A DNA stretch of 64,000 nucleotides, taken from the NCBI GenBank assembly GCA_951406725.2, contig OX597821.1, forward strand, positions 48,298,001-48,362,000. The letters are read 5' to 3'. Origin of the DNA: Octopus vulgaris. Taxonomy: Eukaryota. This document shows positions 51,283 to 61,960 of this stretch, one piece after another. Below the pieces are notes generated by a model. The model was given only the letters and a program-made list of their open reading frames with translations. It ran no database searches and was not told where the DNA came from. How positions within the stretch are numbered: position 1 is the stretch's first letter; the number at the start of each line of letters is the position of its first letter. Made by a program: the position numbers and the translations under genes.

Positions 51283-51545
51283 TGTGGGGTCACTCCGAAA
51301 AGCTCTATCTGTGACGATTTCATCTCAATCGAAGTAGAGGGGCTTTCTCCGTCCGGGTTGCGGATCCGTGGAATAAGCTGCCGGACGAGATGGTGAAGAT
51401 GCCGACGACTGCTCGGTTCAAAGTCTCCCTTGACCACAAGTGGCCTGAACTCTTTACATGAACACCACCCTGTACATAACTCCATGTCCCCCTACATGGC
51501 CTTGCTTTTTGCTTTTTGAGCCAAAAATTAACTAACTAACTAACT
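51283..51545 (+). mobile_element. CR1-like LINE 3' end with (TAAC)n tail
   Basis: Homologous to 7616-8104 and 58020-58811. Confidence 0.88.
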
Positions 51546-51799
51546 CATCATTGTTGTCCATTATCAAATGCAGCATGGTAGTAGAATTGTCAGAATATAT
51601 TGCAGCATTTTCCCCCAGCTCTTTACACACTGAGTTCGAATTCCACTGAGATCAACTATGTCTTTCATCCTGAGATTGATAAAAAAAAAAGCCTAATCAA
51701 ATATTGTGTTTAATGTAACCAATATAATCTTTCCTTTTAATTGTATATACAGATACATACATCCATAAACACACACACACATTCTTACTTGTTTTACTT

Positions 51800-52078
51800 G
51801 GCACTCCATCGGTAACAACAACACGAGTTCCAGTTGATCCAATCCATAGAACTGCCTACTCTTCTACTTGTTTCAGTCATTTGACTGTGGCCGTGCTGAG
51901 CACCACCTTTAGTCGAGCAAATCGACCCCAGGACTTATTCTTTGTAAGCCCAGTACTTATTCTATCAGTCTCTTTTGCCAAACCGCTAAGTGACAGGGAT
52001 GTAAACACACCAGCATCGGTTGTCAAGCAATGCTAGAGGGACAAACACAGACATACAAATATATACACACACATACAA

Positions 52079-52124
<46 letters not shown>

Positions 52125-52540
52125 GACAGGCTTCTTTCAGTTTCCGTCTACCAAATCCACTCACAAGGCTTTGGTCAGCCCGAGGCTATAGCAGAAGACA
52201 CTTGCCCAAGATGCCACGCAGTGCGACTGAACCCGGGACCATGTGGTTGGTTAGCAAGCTACTTACCACACAGCCACTCCTGTGCCTGTTCATGAAATTA
52301 ATGAGCAGGTGGCTGAGCACTCCACAGACATGTGTACTCTTAACGTAGTTCTCAATGATTCAGCGTGACACAAGATGTGACAAGTCTGGCCCTTTGAAAT
52401 ACAGGGACAAGTCATTTTTGCCAGCTGAGTGAACTGGTGCAACGTGAAATGAAGTGCCTTGCTCAAGGATACAACATGCTGCAGGGTATCAAACTCACAA
52501 CCTCATGATTGTGATCCAAACACTCTAACGACCACTAAGT
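51800..52540 (-). mobile_element. tRNA-headed SINE with V-domain-like TCCTTGAGCAAGGCACTT, split by a family A SINE
   Basis: Flanks at 51800-51860 and 52290-52540 join across the insertion, with a duplicated GCCT(A/G)(C/T)TC. A partial homologue lies at 62170-62240. Confidence 0.6.
51862..52286 (-). mobile_element. SINE family A
   Basis: Full reverse-complement copy with internal microsatellite. Confidence 0.9.
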
Positions 52541-52761
52541 ATAGTATAGTAAGACAAGAGGGTAACACCATCAGTATGAGATGTTGGGAAGGTGAAGGAG
52601 GAGGATGAAACACTGTAATTGAATAAGAGAAGTCAAAAGAAGTTAAAAGCAATTAAGAACAAGGAAAGGAAAGAAAACACCAAACCACACACCTTCAGCA
52701 ATATGTACACACACACACACACACACGTGCGCACGCATGCGTATACATACACATACATATA

Positions 52762-52988
52762 TATTTCTTTACTACCCACAAGGGGCTACACACAGAGGGG
52801 ACAAACAAGAACAGACAAACGGACCAAGTCGATTACATCAACCTCAGTGCGTAACTGGTACTTAATTTATTGACCCCGAAAGGTTGAAAGGCAAAGTCGA
52901 CCTCGGCGGAATTTGAAGTCGGAACGTAATGGCAGACGAAATACGGCTACGCATTTCGCCCGGCGTGCTAACGTTTCTGTCAGCTCGC
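52762..52988 (-). mobile_element. SINE family B
   Basis: Reverse complement of 24940-25165. Confidence 0.9.
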
Positions 52989-53219
52989 ATACACATACAT
53001 ATAAAGAGACCTAAATGCAAATTGTTATAATTGCCAATATGAGCCATTGAAAATTATACCATACATTAAGTATGGTAGTCACCATTACAGAGGTGACACT
53101 GGTAGTTTGTGGAATAAAGTGCACAAACTCATAAAATACAACTTGTGCTGAACTTATGATCACAGAATGTAGCAATCACTCTGTCCATTTGTGATGCTAC
53201 ATATGTATATATTTTTTTT

Positions 53220-53614
53220 TCTTGTTTCAGTCATTTGACTGTGGCCATGCTGGAGCACCACCTTTAGTTGAGCAACTCGACCCCGGGACTTATTCTTTGT
53301 AAGCCCAGTACTTATTCTATCGGTCTCTTTTACCAAACCGCTAAGTGACGGGGACATAAACACACCAGCATCGGTTGTCAAGCAATGCTAGGGGGACAAA
53401 CACAGACACACAAACTCACACGCACACACATATATATATATACATATATACGACGGGCTTCTTTCAGTTTCCGTCTACCAAATCCACTCACAAAGCTTTG
53501 GTCGGCCCGAGGCTATAGTAGAAGACACTTGCCCAAGGTGCCACGCAGTGAGACTGAACCCGGAACCATGTGGCTGGTAAGCAAGCTACTTACCACACAG
53601 CCACTCCTGTGCCT
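53220..53614 (-). mobile_element. SINE family A
   Basis: Highly similar to 51862-52286. Confidence 0.9.
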
Positions 53615-54753
53615 ATGTGTACACATAATACATCACATCCTGATCCATTGCATATATTTACATCCCTTCAAGTATCCAGCATATTGACACAAATTGTGAG
53701 TTATTTTATTTGTGTGATGATATGATGGATGTTTCGGGTCTGTTTCTGAAAAACATTGGAAATATTTATTGATAAAGGCTATAAGATGGTAACTGATATA
53801 ACGTGTGTGTGTGTGTGTGTCCGTGCATATGAATCAGCCTATATTTACATCTACATGTACACCTGCTTGGATAATTTTCTAGTGTGGTACCTGTTCATTC
53901 AGGTAACTTGAACAAATCTGTGAGTTTATTGTATTTGTTTGATAACTGAGCTGGAAATTGAAGAATCTGATCACACACACAAACACACACACACATACAC
54001 ACACACAAACACACACACACACATCATGGAAGTTAACTTCAAATTTCATTTGGATGAAAAAACAATAATTTCTTTGTTGTATCTGACATGTTTTTCAATT
54101 GGTTGTGTTCAACTTTGATTAGACAGAGAAAACATCAACAGTTGAACAATGATATCTTGTTGTGAAAGGGAGACCTCAATTGTGATAAACAGATTTCATG
54201 GTGATTGACCATGAGATGCTGAAGTAATGGGATATTAGCCAGATATAACACTAGTCATATCATGTGAAGCTGACTGAAAATAATACCATATTCACTTCTT
54301 ACTAGATTCAGTAGCTATTTATATAGAATCCACTTTGCTGCCTCATGTGTAATTATAATGGAGATACTGGGGGCATTTAGAAGGACTGAAGAATATCCTT
54401 AAATCACCACATCCATCAATTACATTGTTTAAAGTGACATGAATAGTTAAAATCACACATTCTTACAAAATTCTAAACAACTTTAAAATGTCTGCTTAAT
54501 TCTTTAAAATGTATTCTTTATTCATGCAGAACACATTTTTGGGTCATTAACTTGTAAGCATAATCATATTTAGCATCATTTTAGCTTTCGTCTATTACAA
54601 GGTTCCAAATAAACACACAGACACACATATGCACACATAAACAGACACACACATACACATGCACGCACACACACAAACACATATGTACTCTCAAACATAC
54701 ACAGACACATGTATAAATTCATATATATCTATATATATATCTATATATATCTA

Positions 54754-54794
<41 letters not shown>

Positions 54795-55117
54795 ATTATA
54801 ATATTAGGGAATAAATCCAAACTTACAGGGAAAAAATGAGATTTAGGATTAAATCCAATTTTATAGTATAAATATATTATATTATATTAAATATAATATT
54901 TAATATTAGTATTAATATTTGATTTGCCTAATAGTGGTTATATATATACAGTTTGTGTATCAAATAGCTAACTTAAGGCGATGGCCTCATGGAGCTAATA
55001 AGCAGACAGCTTTATTCTTATTTTTATAAGAATGCCATATTAGTATGGCGATAACTATTATTTTCCGGGAACGCTGCCGCTGTTCTCTTTTAGAGAGACT
55101 TAGTAATTTTAATATTT

Positions 55118-55165
55118 CTATTATTGAAAACAAGTGGATGTATTCCACCGAAACTAGGTAAATAA
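55118..55165 (+). ncRNA. Second, degenerate hammerhead-like motif with UUGAAAA core
   Basis: UAUUA-UUGAAAA-CAA-GUGGA-UGUAU-UCCAC-C-GAAA-CUAGG-U-A-AAUAA. Stem II is clear but the stem I register is imperfect. Confidence 0.45.
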
Positions 55166-55212
55166 AACCATCGAACAGAGATTGTCGGAAGCGACACCTA
55201 CTGGCTGGCTAC

Positions 55213-55254
55213 GCTGCATTGAAAAGGGGCAATACCCCGAAACGCGTCTGTAGC
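55213..55254 (+). ncRNA. Type I hammerhead ribozyme, U3-A8 compensatory core variant
   Basis: GCUGCA-UUGAAAA-GGGG-CAAUA-CCCC-GAAA-CGCG-U-C-UGUAGC. Stem I is 6 bp and extends via GGCUGGC/GCCGGUC and CUACU/AGUAG. Stem II is 4 G-C pairs, stem III is the palindrome ACGCGU, and the triplet is GUC. Confidence 0.85.
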
Positions 55255-55480
55255 TGCCGGTCAAGTAGTGTGGAGCGACTGACCTCCCTTGTTCGAAGGT
55301 TATATGGATACAGTTTGTGTATCAAATAGCTAACTTAAGGCGATGGCCTCATGGAGCTAATAAGCGGACAGCTTTATTCTTATTTTTATAAGAATGCCAT
55401 ATTAGTATGGCGATAACTATTATTTTCCGGGAACGCTGCCGCTGTTCTCTTTTAGAGAGACTTAGTAATTTTAATATTTC

Positions 55481-55517
<37 letters not shown>

Positions 55518-55666
55518 CACACACACACACATATATATATATATATCATCATCATCATCATATTTTAACATTTATTTTCCATGCTGGCATGGGTTGGACA
55601 ACTTGACAGGAACTAGCAAAGCCAGGGTGACATCAGGTTTCATAGTTTCTTTTGGTTTGGTTTCTA

Positions 55667-56960
55667 TGAGGGAATATCAAAAAATTCCAGGACTAGTTAT
55701 ATTTTATAAAAAATTGCTTATTTACATAAGTTTTAACATCATCATCACCTTCAAAATAGTTACCTTGTACAGCAATATATTGGTCTCAGCATCCCTGCCA
55801 CTTTTGGAATCTGTCCTGGAAGTTGTTTTCTGGAAGCAAGTCAAGGACCTTCTGCAATTCAGTCTGGATCTCAACAATGGTGTTAAAACAGTGACCTTTG
55901 AACTGTATTTTCATCTTGGAGAAGCAGTGCAAGTCCACAGGTGCTAGATCTGGTGAATAGGGTGCATGCGGAAGCAATACCATGTTGTTTTGGGTGAGAA
56001 ACTCATGAGTGAGGAGAGCTTAGTAACACGGTGCATTGTTGTCATGAAGAATCCAATTCTTCACACTCTACAGATCTAATCACTTTCACTGCATGTCCTC
56101 CCTCAAATGCTTTAAAATGCCACAGTAGAACTCTTGATTGACAGTCTGGCCCTGAGGGGATGAATTCTTGGGGCCCAATGCCACAGATGTCGAAAAAAAT
56201 TATGAGCATGCTCTTGATTGAGCGATGGGTCTGTTGTGCTTTCTTCAGTTGTGAAAATGAAGGGCTCTTCCATTGTGATGACTGCTGCTTTGCCTCAGGG
56301 TCATACTTGTTAACCCAACTCTTGTCACCGATGAAGATCCTCAATATGTAGGATAGTTTATCAGTGGCATGCTGACAGAGATCTTGACAAACTTCAACAT
56401 GATGTTCTTTCTGCTCAGTGGTCAGCATGCGGGAGACAAACTTAGCAAGGACATATTGCATATTCAGTTCAGATGTTAGGATTGCCTGCATGGAACCATA
56501 CAACAGACCAATGACATCAGCAATGTCACTGACTGTCCTTCAATGATCCTCATGCACAAGCTGATGAATTTTCTCCACATTTCCGATGGTGATGCTCGAG
56601 GCAGGTCTTCCAGATTGCTCTTCGTCTTCCAGGGATGCTCTTCCACTTTTGAAGTACCCATTGCATGTAACCCATTGTGTTGTCGCTGTAAGCTTGCTGA
56701 AGTGTGCTCAATGGCTTTGTAGCAGACTTCCCAAGTTTAATACAAAATTTCATGTTGGCACTTTGTTCCAACTTCCTATCCATGATAAAATATGTGTAAT
56801 CACAAAAACACAGATTTCACAAGATGTGAAGTAAACACAGCAATGTCACTGCACACTGCCTCATGAAGGTCACTGCTAACTCTCACTGTGCGTGCAATCG
56901 TGTGCTGCCATCTGTTGGCACACTACAGAACTAGTCTAGGAACCTTTTGATACCACCTCA
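55667..56960 (-). mobile_element. Full-length (~1.3 kb) decayed mariner (DD34D), inserted at TA in a family C element
   Basis: TIRs TGAGGGAATATCAAAAAATTCCAGGACTAGTT / AACTAGTCTAGGAACCTTTTGATACCACCTCA with TA on both sides. ORF pieces are MDRKLEQSANMKFCIKLGKSA, IFIGDKSWV..YDPE..QQSSQW and HAPYSPDLAPVD. The host family C sequence resumes (TTTC-TA-CAGCTGG). Confidence 0.92.
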
Positions 56961-57559
56961 TACAGCTGGCTGTCCTTCCCATCACCAACAACTTGGAATG
57001 GATGCTTTTTATGTGACACCAGTGCCAGTGCTTTTTACGTGGCAGTAACACTGACATGAATGCTTTAAACATGGCACCTTGGTTTTAGGATATCAATTCT
57101 GTTGTGGTGGGCAGGTCTTCTTGAGAACAGCAATGTGCCACATATCTTGGTCCTTTGTCATCTCCTCTGTGTGTGTGTGCGTGTATATGTGTGTGTGTGT
57201 GCATGCATGTGTGTGTGCATGTGTGTGCTTGTGTGTGCACGTGTATACACACACACACACATATATATATCCAAACCGATTGAGTGAATGGAACAGGCAT
57301 GACCCAGGCTATATATGTTTCCTAGCTGACAAAACCTTGGAAGTAATAATTACTCAATCTGTGATTATATCTTTCAATTCATCACTCTGAGCAATGATTG
57401 GTAGGTTTGCTCTGGCAACGTTGAAGATATTCTGCTGACATGGGCTGTGTCTCACTATAAATAGTATGACTGTTTTCCTCTTCTTTAGTTTGTCCTCAGC
57501 TGATGTATGGGGATTTTTATAGCCTACTATATGACATTTTCTATAAGTAGAGATAAATA

Positions 57560-58019
57560 TTTTTGGTTGAACAAAAATTCTGTTAGTTCTGTTAGGACAG
57601 AAAACAACAAAACTGAGTAAAATACCACAACCAAAACAGGAACATAAGTCATAAACAGAGAAAAATCCATTTTTAACATCAGGACAACAAATACCAGAGA
57701 AAGAAAAATCCAAGAGGAAACATACCCAAAACAATTGAACGTATAGATCTTAAAATCATTAATTTATTCAAAAGAGATCTTGACAATGACGAAATCCAAC
57801 TTCTGTCAAAAGGACTGAAATGTATACTTACATCAACAGTCAACCACCAAGAACTAAAGGAGGATATCCAAAAATTCTGTCGTAAGTTACAGAATTCTTC
57901 ACTAATAAAAGTAATGAGATTAATGAATCCCAAGTAAAGAATAAATCAAATTTCACCCCCACCAAAAGGAAGAAATAACTATCTTGACCAATACATTGAT
58001 ATCCTGTCAAAATTTCCCT
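57560..58019 (+). mobile_element. Penelope-like element N-terminal ORF fragment
   Basis: KIINLFKRDLDNDEIQLLSKGLKCILT...ELKEDIQKFCRKL matches the PLE pre-RT IINLS..L...E..LL.KGL.F motif. Confidence 0.72.
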
Positions 58020-58811
58020 TTAGTTAGTTAGTTAGTTAGTTAGTTAATTTGGCTCAAAAGCAAATAGCAAGGCCATGTAGGGGGACATGGAGTTAAGTAC
58101 AGGGTGGTGTTCATGTAAAGAGTTCAGGCCACTTGAGGTCCAGGGAGGCTTTGAACAAAGCGGTCGTCGGCATCTTTACCATCTCGTCTGGCAGCTTGTT
58201 CCACGGATCCGCAACCCGGACGGAGAAAGCTCCTCTCCTTCGATTGAGATGAAATCGTTGCAGGTAGAGCTTTTCGGAATGACCCCGCAGCTGACACTCT
58301 GGAGCAGGAGTGAAGAACAGCTCTTTCGTGAGGTTACACTTTCCGCTTATGATGTTGTGGGTGAGAATGAGATCACCACCGCGGCGGCGTTTTTCAAGAG
58401 AATAAAGGTCGAGCGTCCTCAGCCTTTCTTCGTAGGACAAATTTTTGAGACCATGAACCATGCGGGTAGCCAGCTTCTGGACTCTTTCGAGATGCTGTAT
58501 GTCTTTGAGGAGATAAGGAGAAGAGGCTTGAATCCCATACTCCAATATGGGTCTCACCAGCGTGACATAGAGTGGTAGGAATATGGCTGCTGTGAGCATT
58601 CCGAATGACCGTCGAATCAAGAACAGAATTCCGCGTGCTTTGTTGGCAGCATGGATGCACTGGGCCGAAGGTGAAAAGGAGGAAACCACCAAGATACCCA
58701 GGTCCTTTACCTGATCGGTCCTCTCCAGCAGCAGACGACCCGGCTCGAAATCAAGTTGAGTTGCAGGAGTAGAGCCGACAGGCAGATGACAGCACTTTGA
58801 CACGTTCAGAC
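58020..58811 (-). mobile_element. CR1-like LINE 3' fragment with an uninterrupted reading frame and (TAAC)n tail
   Basis: ORF 58111-58845: LNVSKCCHL..VKDLGILV..AANKARGIL..LYVTLVRPILEYG..LERVQKLATR..RRRGGDLI. Confidence 0.92.
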
Positions 58812-60149
58812 ACAATAATGTTAGGCCAAACATTAACATTAACACGTTCCATATACTGGTGATTATAGATTTTATTGCTCCCCATCAGCCATATTGTGAG
58901 AAGCAGTAATAGAAATATCAGCTGAGTTAGGTTGATCAGATTCATATCACTAATTCACATCATATCACAGGGATTTGCAACTAACAGACATGTTTATTGG
59001 TGATTTTCTGTCAGATTTTTTACCCATTAAATGATCTTAATTATTATGATACCTAATGTTCTCTCGACATAAATTCCGACTACAGTTTTATCCTGTAGAG
59101 AATTCCCTGCTTTATGCCCATTACAAGTAATAAGAAATCACAATTGTATGTTATTATTATGGCAACAATTTTTAATGGAAAATGAAATTTGACAAGGTTA
59201 AAAGTGCAGTTTCTGAAGTATATTAATTTCTCTTGCTTTGGCACAAGGCCTCTATTCTATGATATATTCTCTTTTATAAAATTAAAACTAGCAATACCAA
59301 CATCAATAACCATGACAAGAACATATTTACTGCAAAACTTGAATATCTAAGAAATGTAATTATTTACTTGAGTGTTTAGTCTCTTTCCATTCTTATTATC
59401 ATTATTAATTACTCTTTACATTATTGTGCTACATATCCTGTGCTATCATCTTTACTCTTCACTGTCTTCCAGCTGAGATTTTGAGTATTGATACATCATT
59501 AGATGACACCCTCAACTGATTTTTCCATGAGTCAATTATCACAGGGTTCTCAGATAGTGTCCTAGATGGTGAGTTCCAACAAGCTTTCGGCTATTTTGAT
59601 GGTCAATCAGAAAAGGTAACTATAGAATTACTCATTCATCACTTTCTACATTCAGCTAACATTTGATAATAATTACAAAGCATGTGTAGATTCTATTACC
59701 TTCTATTGATAGAGTGTTGGCATCAATACTTCATGGTTATTAATTACATCTATTTATGTTCTGAGTTCAAATACAGTTCACACAAATTTGCCTTTCATCA
59801 TTACCTTATTGATAAAATAAAGTACCAATCAAGTTTTGTGGAGTAGCATAATTAATAAGAATGATTTAATTTATTCTCAAAAGAGAGACTTCAAAAATAA
59901 GAACTAGTGTCAATTTGCTCAACTAAACCCTTCAGGTGGTACCCTAGCATGGCTGCAGTTCAGTTACTGAAGCAAGTGAAAGAATATAGAATACAGTGTT
60001 TGTAATTGTTATGACACGGAGTACATGTTAGGTGCAAGAATAGTATTACCCAAATAAATATTTAGATATGGTTATCTAGAATAACCTTTCACAGAATATG
60101 TTCACACAGAACGCATTCCACGCTACTCCACATGTAGTTACGATATTAA

Positions 60150-60650
60150 ACTAACTCAGTAACCAATATGGATGATCAATGCTGTTAACTGTATCGCGAT
60201 CAACTACTCTGTCCACTTTCAGTCATGTGGAAGTGGTCAGGGTCCTTCCACAACATCTCCCTTCCATATGGAATTAACCTTCCATAACTTTTTTTCCTTT
60301 TTGAGAATTAAATTCTGTCTAGAGTTTAATATCTCTTACACTTAGGGTCTAATTCCAGTATTTGTTCTTTCTTTTTTTCTGGTACTTGAATGTGTAGTTT
60401 CATTGGTTTGGGTTTGGTACCTCAAATGAGTCATAAAAAACATCCATGGGAATTTCATCTCTCATGAGCGTTTCTTCCATAAATCTATTTTTAAGTTGGT
60501 TTATATGTTTTTTGTTCCAATTTTTTTACTTTTACCTAGTTTAACATTTTTCCAATTTCTTTAATAATTACACTGTCCTCCCAGCTTTCTTTGCCATATC
60601 TATACGTTTTAAAAAAAAACTTTGTCACCTATCTTGAAAAATTTTGAATT
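60150..60650 (-). mobile_element. Decayed RTE (BovB-like) LINE 3' fragment
   Basis: The minus strand has RIDMAK and VMEG..GR-type C-terminal motifs, heavily degenerate. Confidence 0.5.
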
Positions 60651-60689
60651 ATATTTATTGTTCACCATTTTCCTGCCATGGCGGAAGCG

Positions 60690-60846
60690 TGCACCAGTAT
60701 CTCTTCAGTTATTGAGGCAATTAATTAAAGTAAGCTATTTTTCATAGCTTATTTTAATTGCCTCAATAACTGGAGAGATGCTGGTGCAAGTTTCCACCCT
60801 GACATCCGAAACTTGGAGTTATTATGGCAACCAAATAATTGTCACA
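60690..60846. mobile_element. Hairpin-ended copy of the 7034-7133 hammerhead family
   Basis: Inverted arms TGCACCAGTATCTCTTCAGTTATTGAGGCAATTA (60690-60723) and TAATTGCCTCAATAACTGGAGAGATGCTGGTGCA (60755-60788). The + strand carries CUGGAGA..CGAAA-CUUGGAG-UU. Confidence 0.75.
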
Positions 60847-60928
60847 TATTATATTACATATATATATATATACACAGACACACATATATACATATATATA
60901 CATACGTATCTATATTTATCTCTCTCTT

Positions 60929-60992
<64 letters not shown>

Positions 60993-60995
60993 GAT

Positions 60996-61026
<31 letters not shown>

Positions 61027-61032
61027 CAAATG

Positions 61033-61064
<32 letters not shown>

Positions 61065-61084
61065 CTCCTCTTTTACTCTTTTAT

Positions 61085-61451
61085 CTGTTTAAGTCACTTG
61101 ACTGTGGCCATGCTGGAGCACCGCCTTTAGCCGAGCAAATTGACCCTAGGACTTATTCTTTGTAAGCATAGTACTTATTCTAGCGGTCTCTTTTGCCGAA
61201 CCGCTAAGTTATGGTTGTCAAGCGATTTTGGAGGGACAAACACAGACACAAAAACGTATACACACACAGACACACACACACACACATATATACAACGGGC
61301 TTCTTTCAGTTTCCATCTACCAATGCCACTCACAAGGCTTTGGTCAGCCTGAGGCTAAAGTAGAAGACACTTGCCCAAGGTACCACACAGTGTGACTGAA
61401 CCCAGAACCATGTGGTTGGCAAGCAAGCTACCTACCACACAGCCACTCCTA

Positions 61452-61452
<1 letters not shown>
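61085..61452 (-). mobile_element. SINE family A
   Basis: Reverse-complement copy with a small internal deletion. Confidence 0.88.
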
Positions 61453-61496
<44 letters not shown>

Positions 61497-61891
61497 TGTT
61501 CATTCAAAGTTAATAATAAGCTCTGATGATACTGGTATGACTGAATCTCTATAATGATTCATAATAATGATTTTTATGCTTCATAATTCCACCTCAAATC
61601 ATCTAGCTGTATGTATATATCTTTGCTTTTCTTAAAAAAGCCTTTTTTTAATATATTTAATGTGCATTTTTTTGTTTTCTTTTTACTCTTTCCCTATTTA
61701 TACCACCTTTAATCTTTTTCTTTGAAACCTATTTCTATTATATATATGGACTTCTTGCATTTCTCCCTTCAGCCTGAATGAGTCGGGTTTTTGTTAGAAG
61801 CCTGTGAAAGTTACACGGAACCAAATCAAACTGTTTTAAATAATATATTTAATTCCTACCAAATGTGCTTTTTCTTTTGTTCACTCACTCA

Positions 61892-61960
<69 letters not shown>

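Larger units (their letters stand above)
54936..55486 (+). mobile_element. Retrozyme-like element: 1.5 tandem copies of a 362-nt structured unit
   Basis: 54936-55124 is repeated at 55298-55486 (189 bp, about 3 mismatches, period 362). It has no credible coding capacity, contains a hammerhead and ends in (TA)n. Confidence 0.8.

Noticed and set aside
54936-55486. CRISPR-like or LTR-retrotransposon interpretation of the direct repeat
   Set aside because: There are only two long repeats in a eukaryotic context, with no TG...CA termini, PBS, PPT or TSD. A partial tandem with a ribozyme fits better.
60007-60145. Possible short solo LTR (TGTTATGAC...GTTACGATA)
   Set aside because: One terminus is not TG/CA, there is no matching TSD, and no PBS or internal sequence is present.
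61515-61830. CTGATGA and CTGAATGA motifs in AT-rich sequence
   Set aside because: They have no correctly placed GAAA/stem III/NUH and no stem I pairing.
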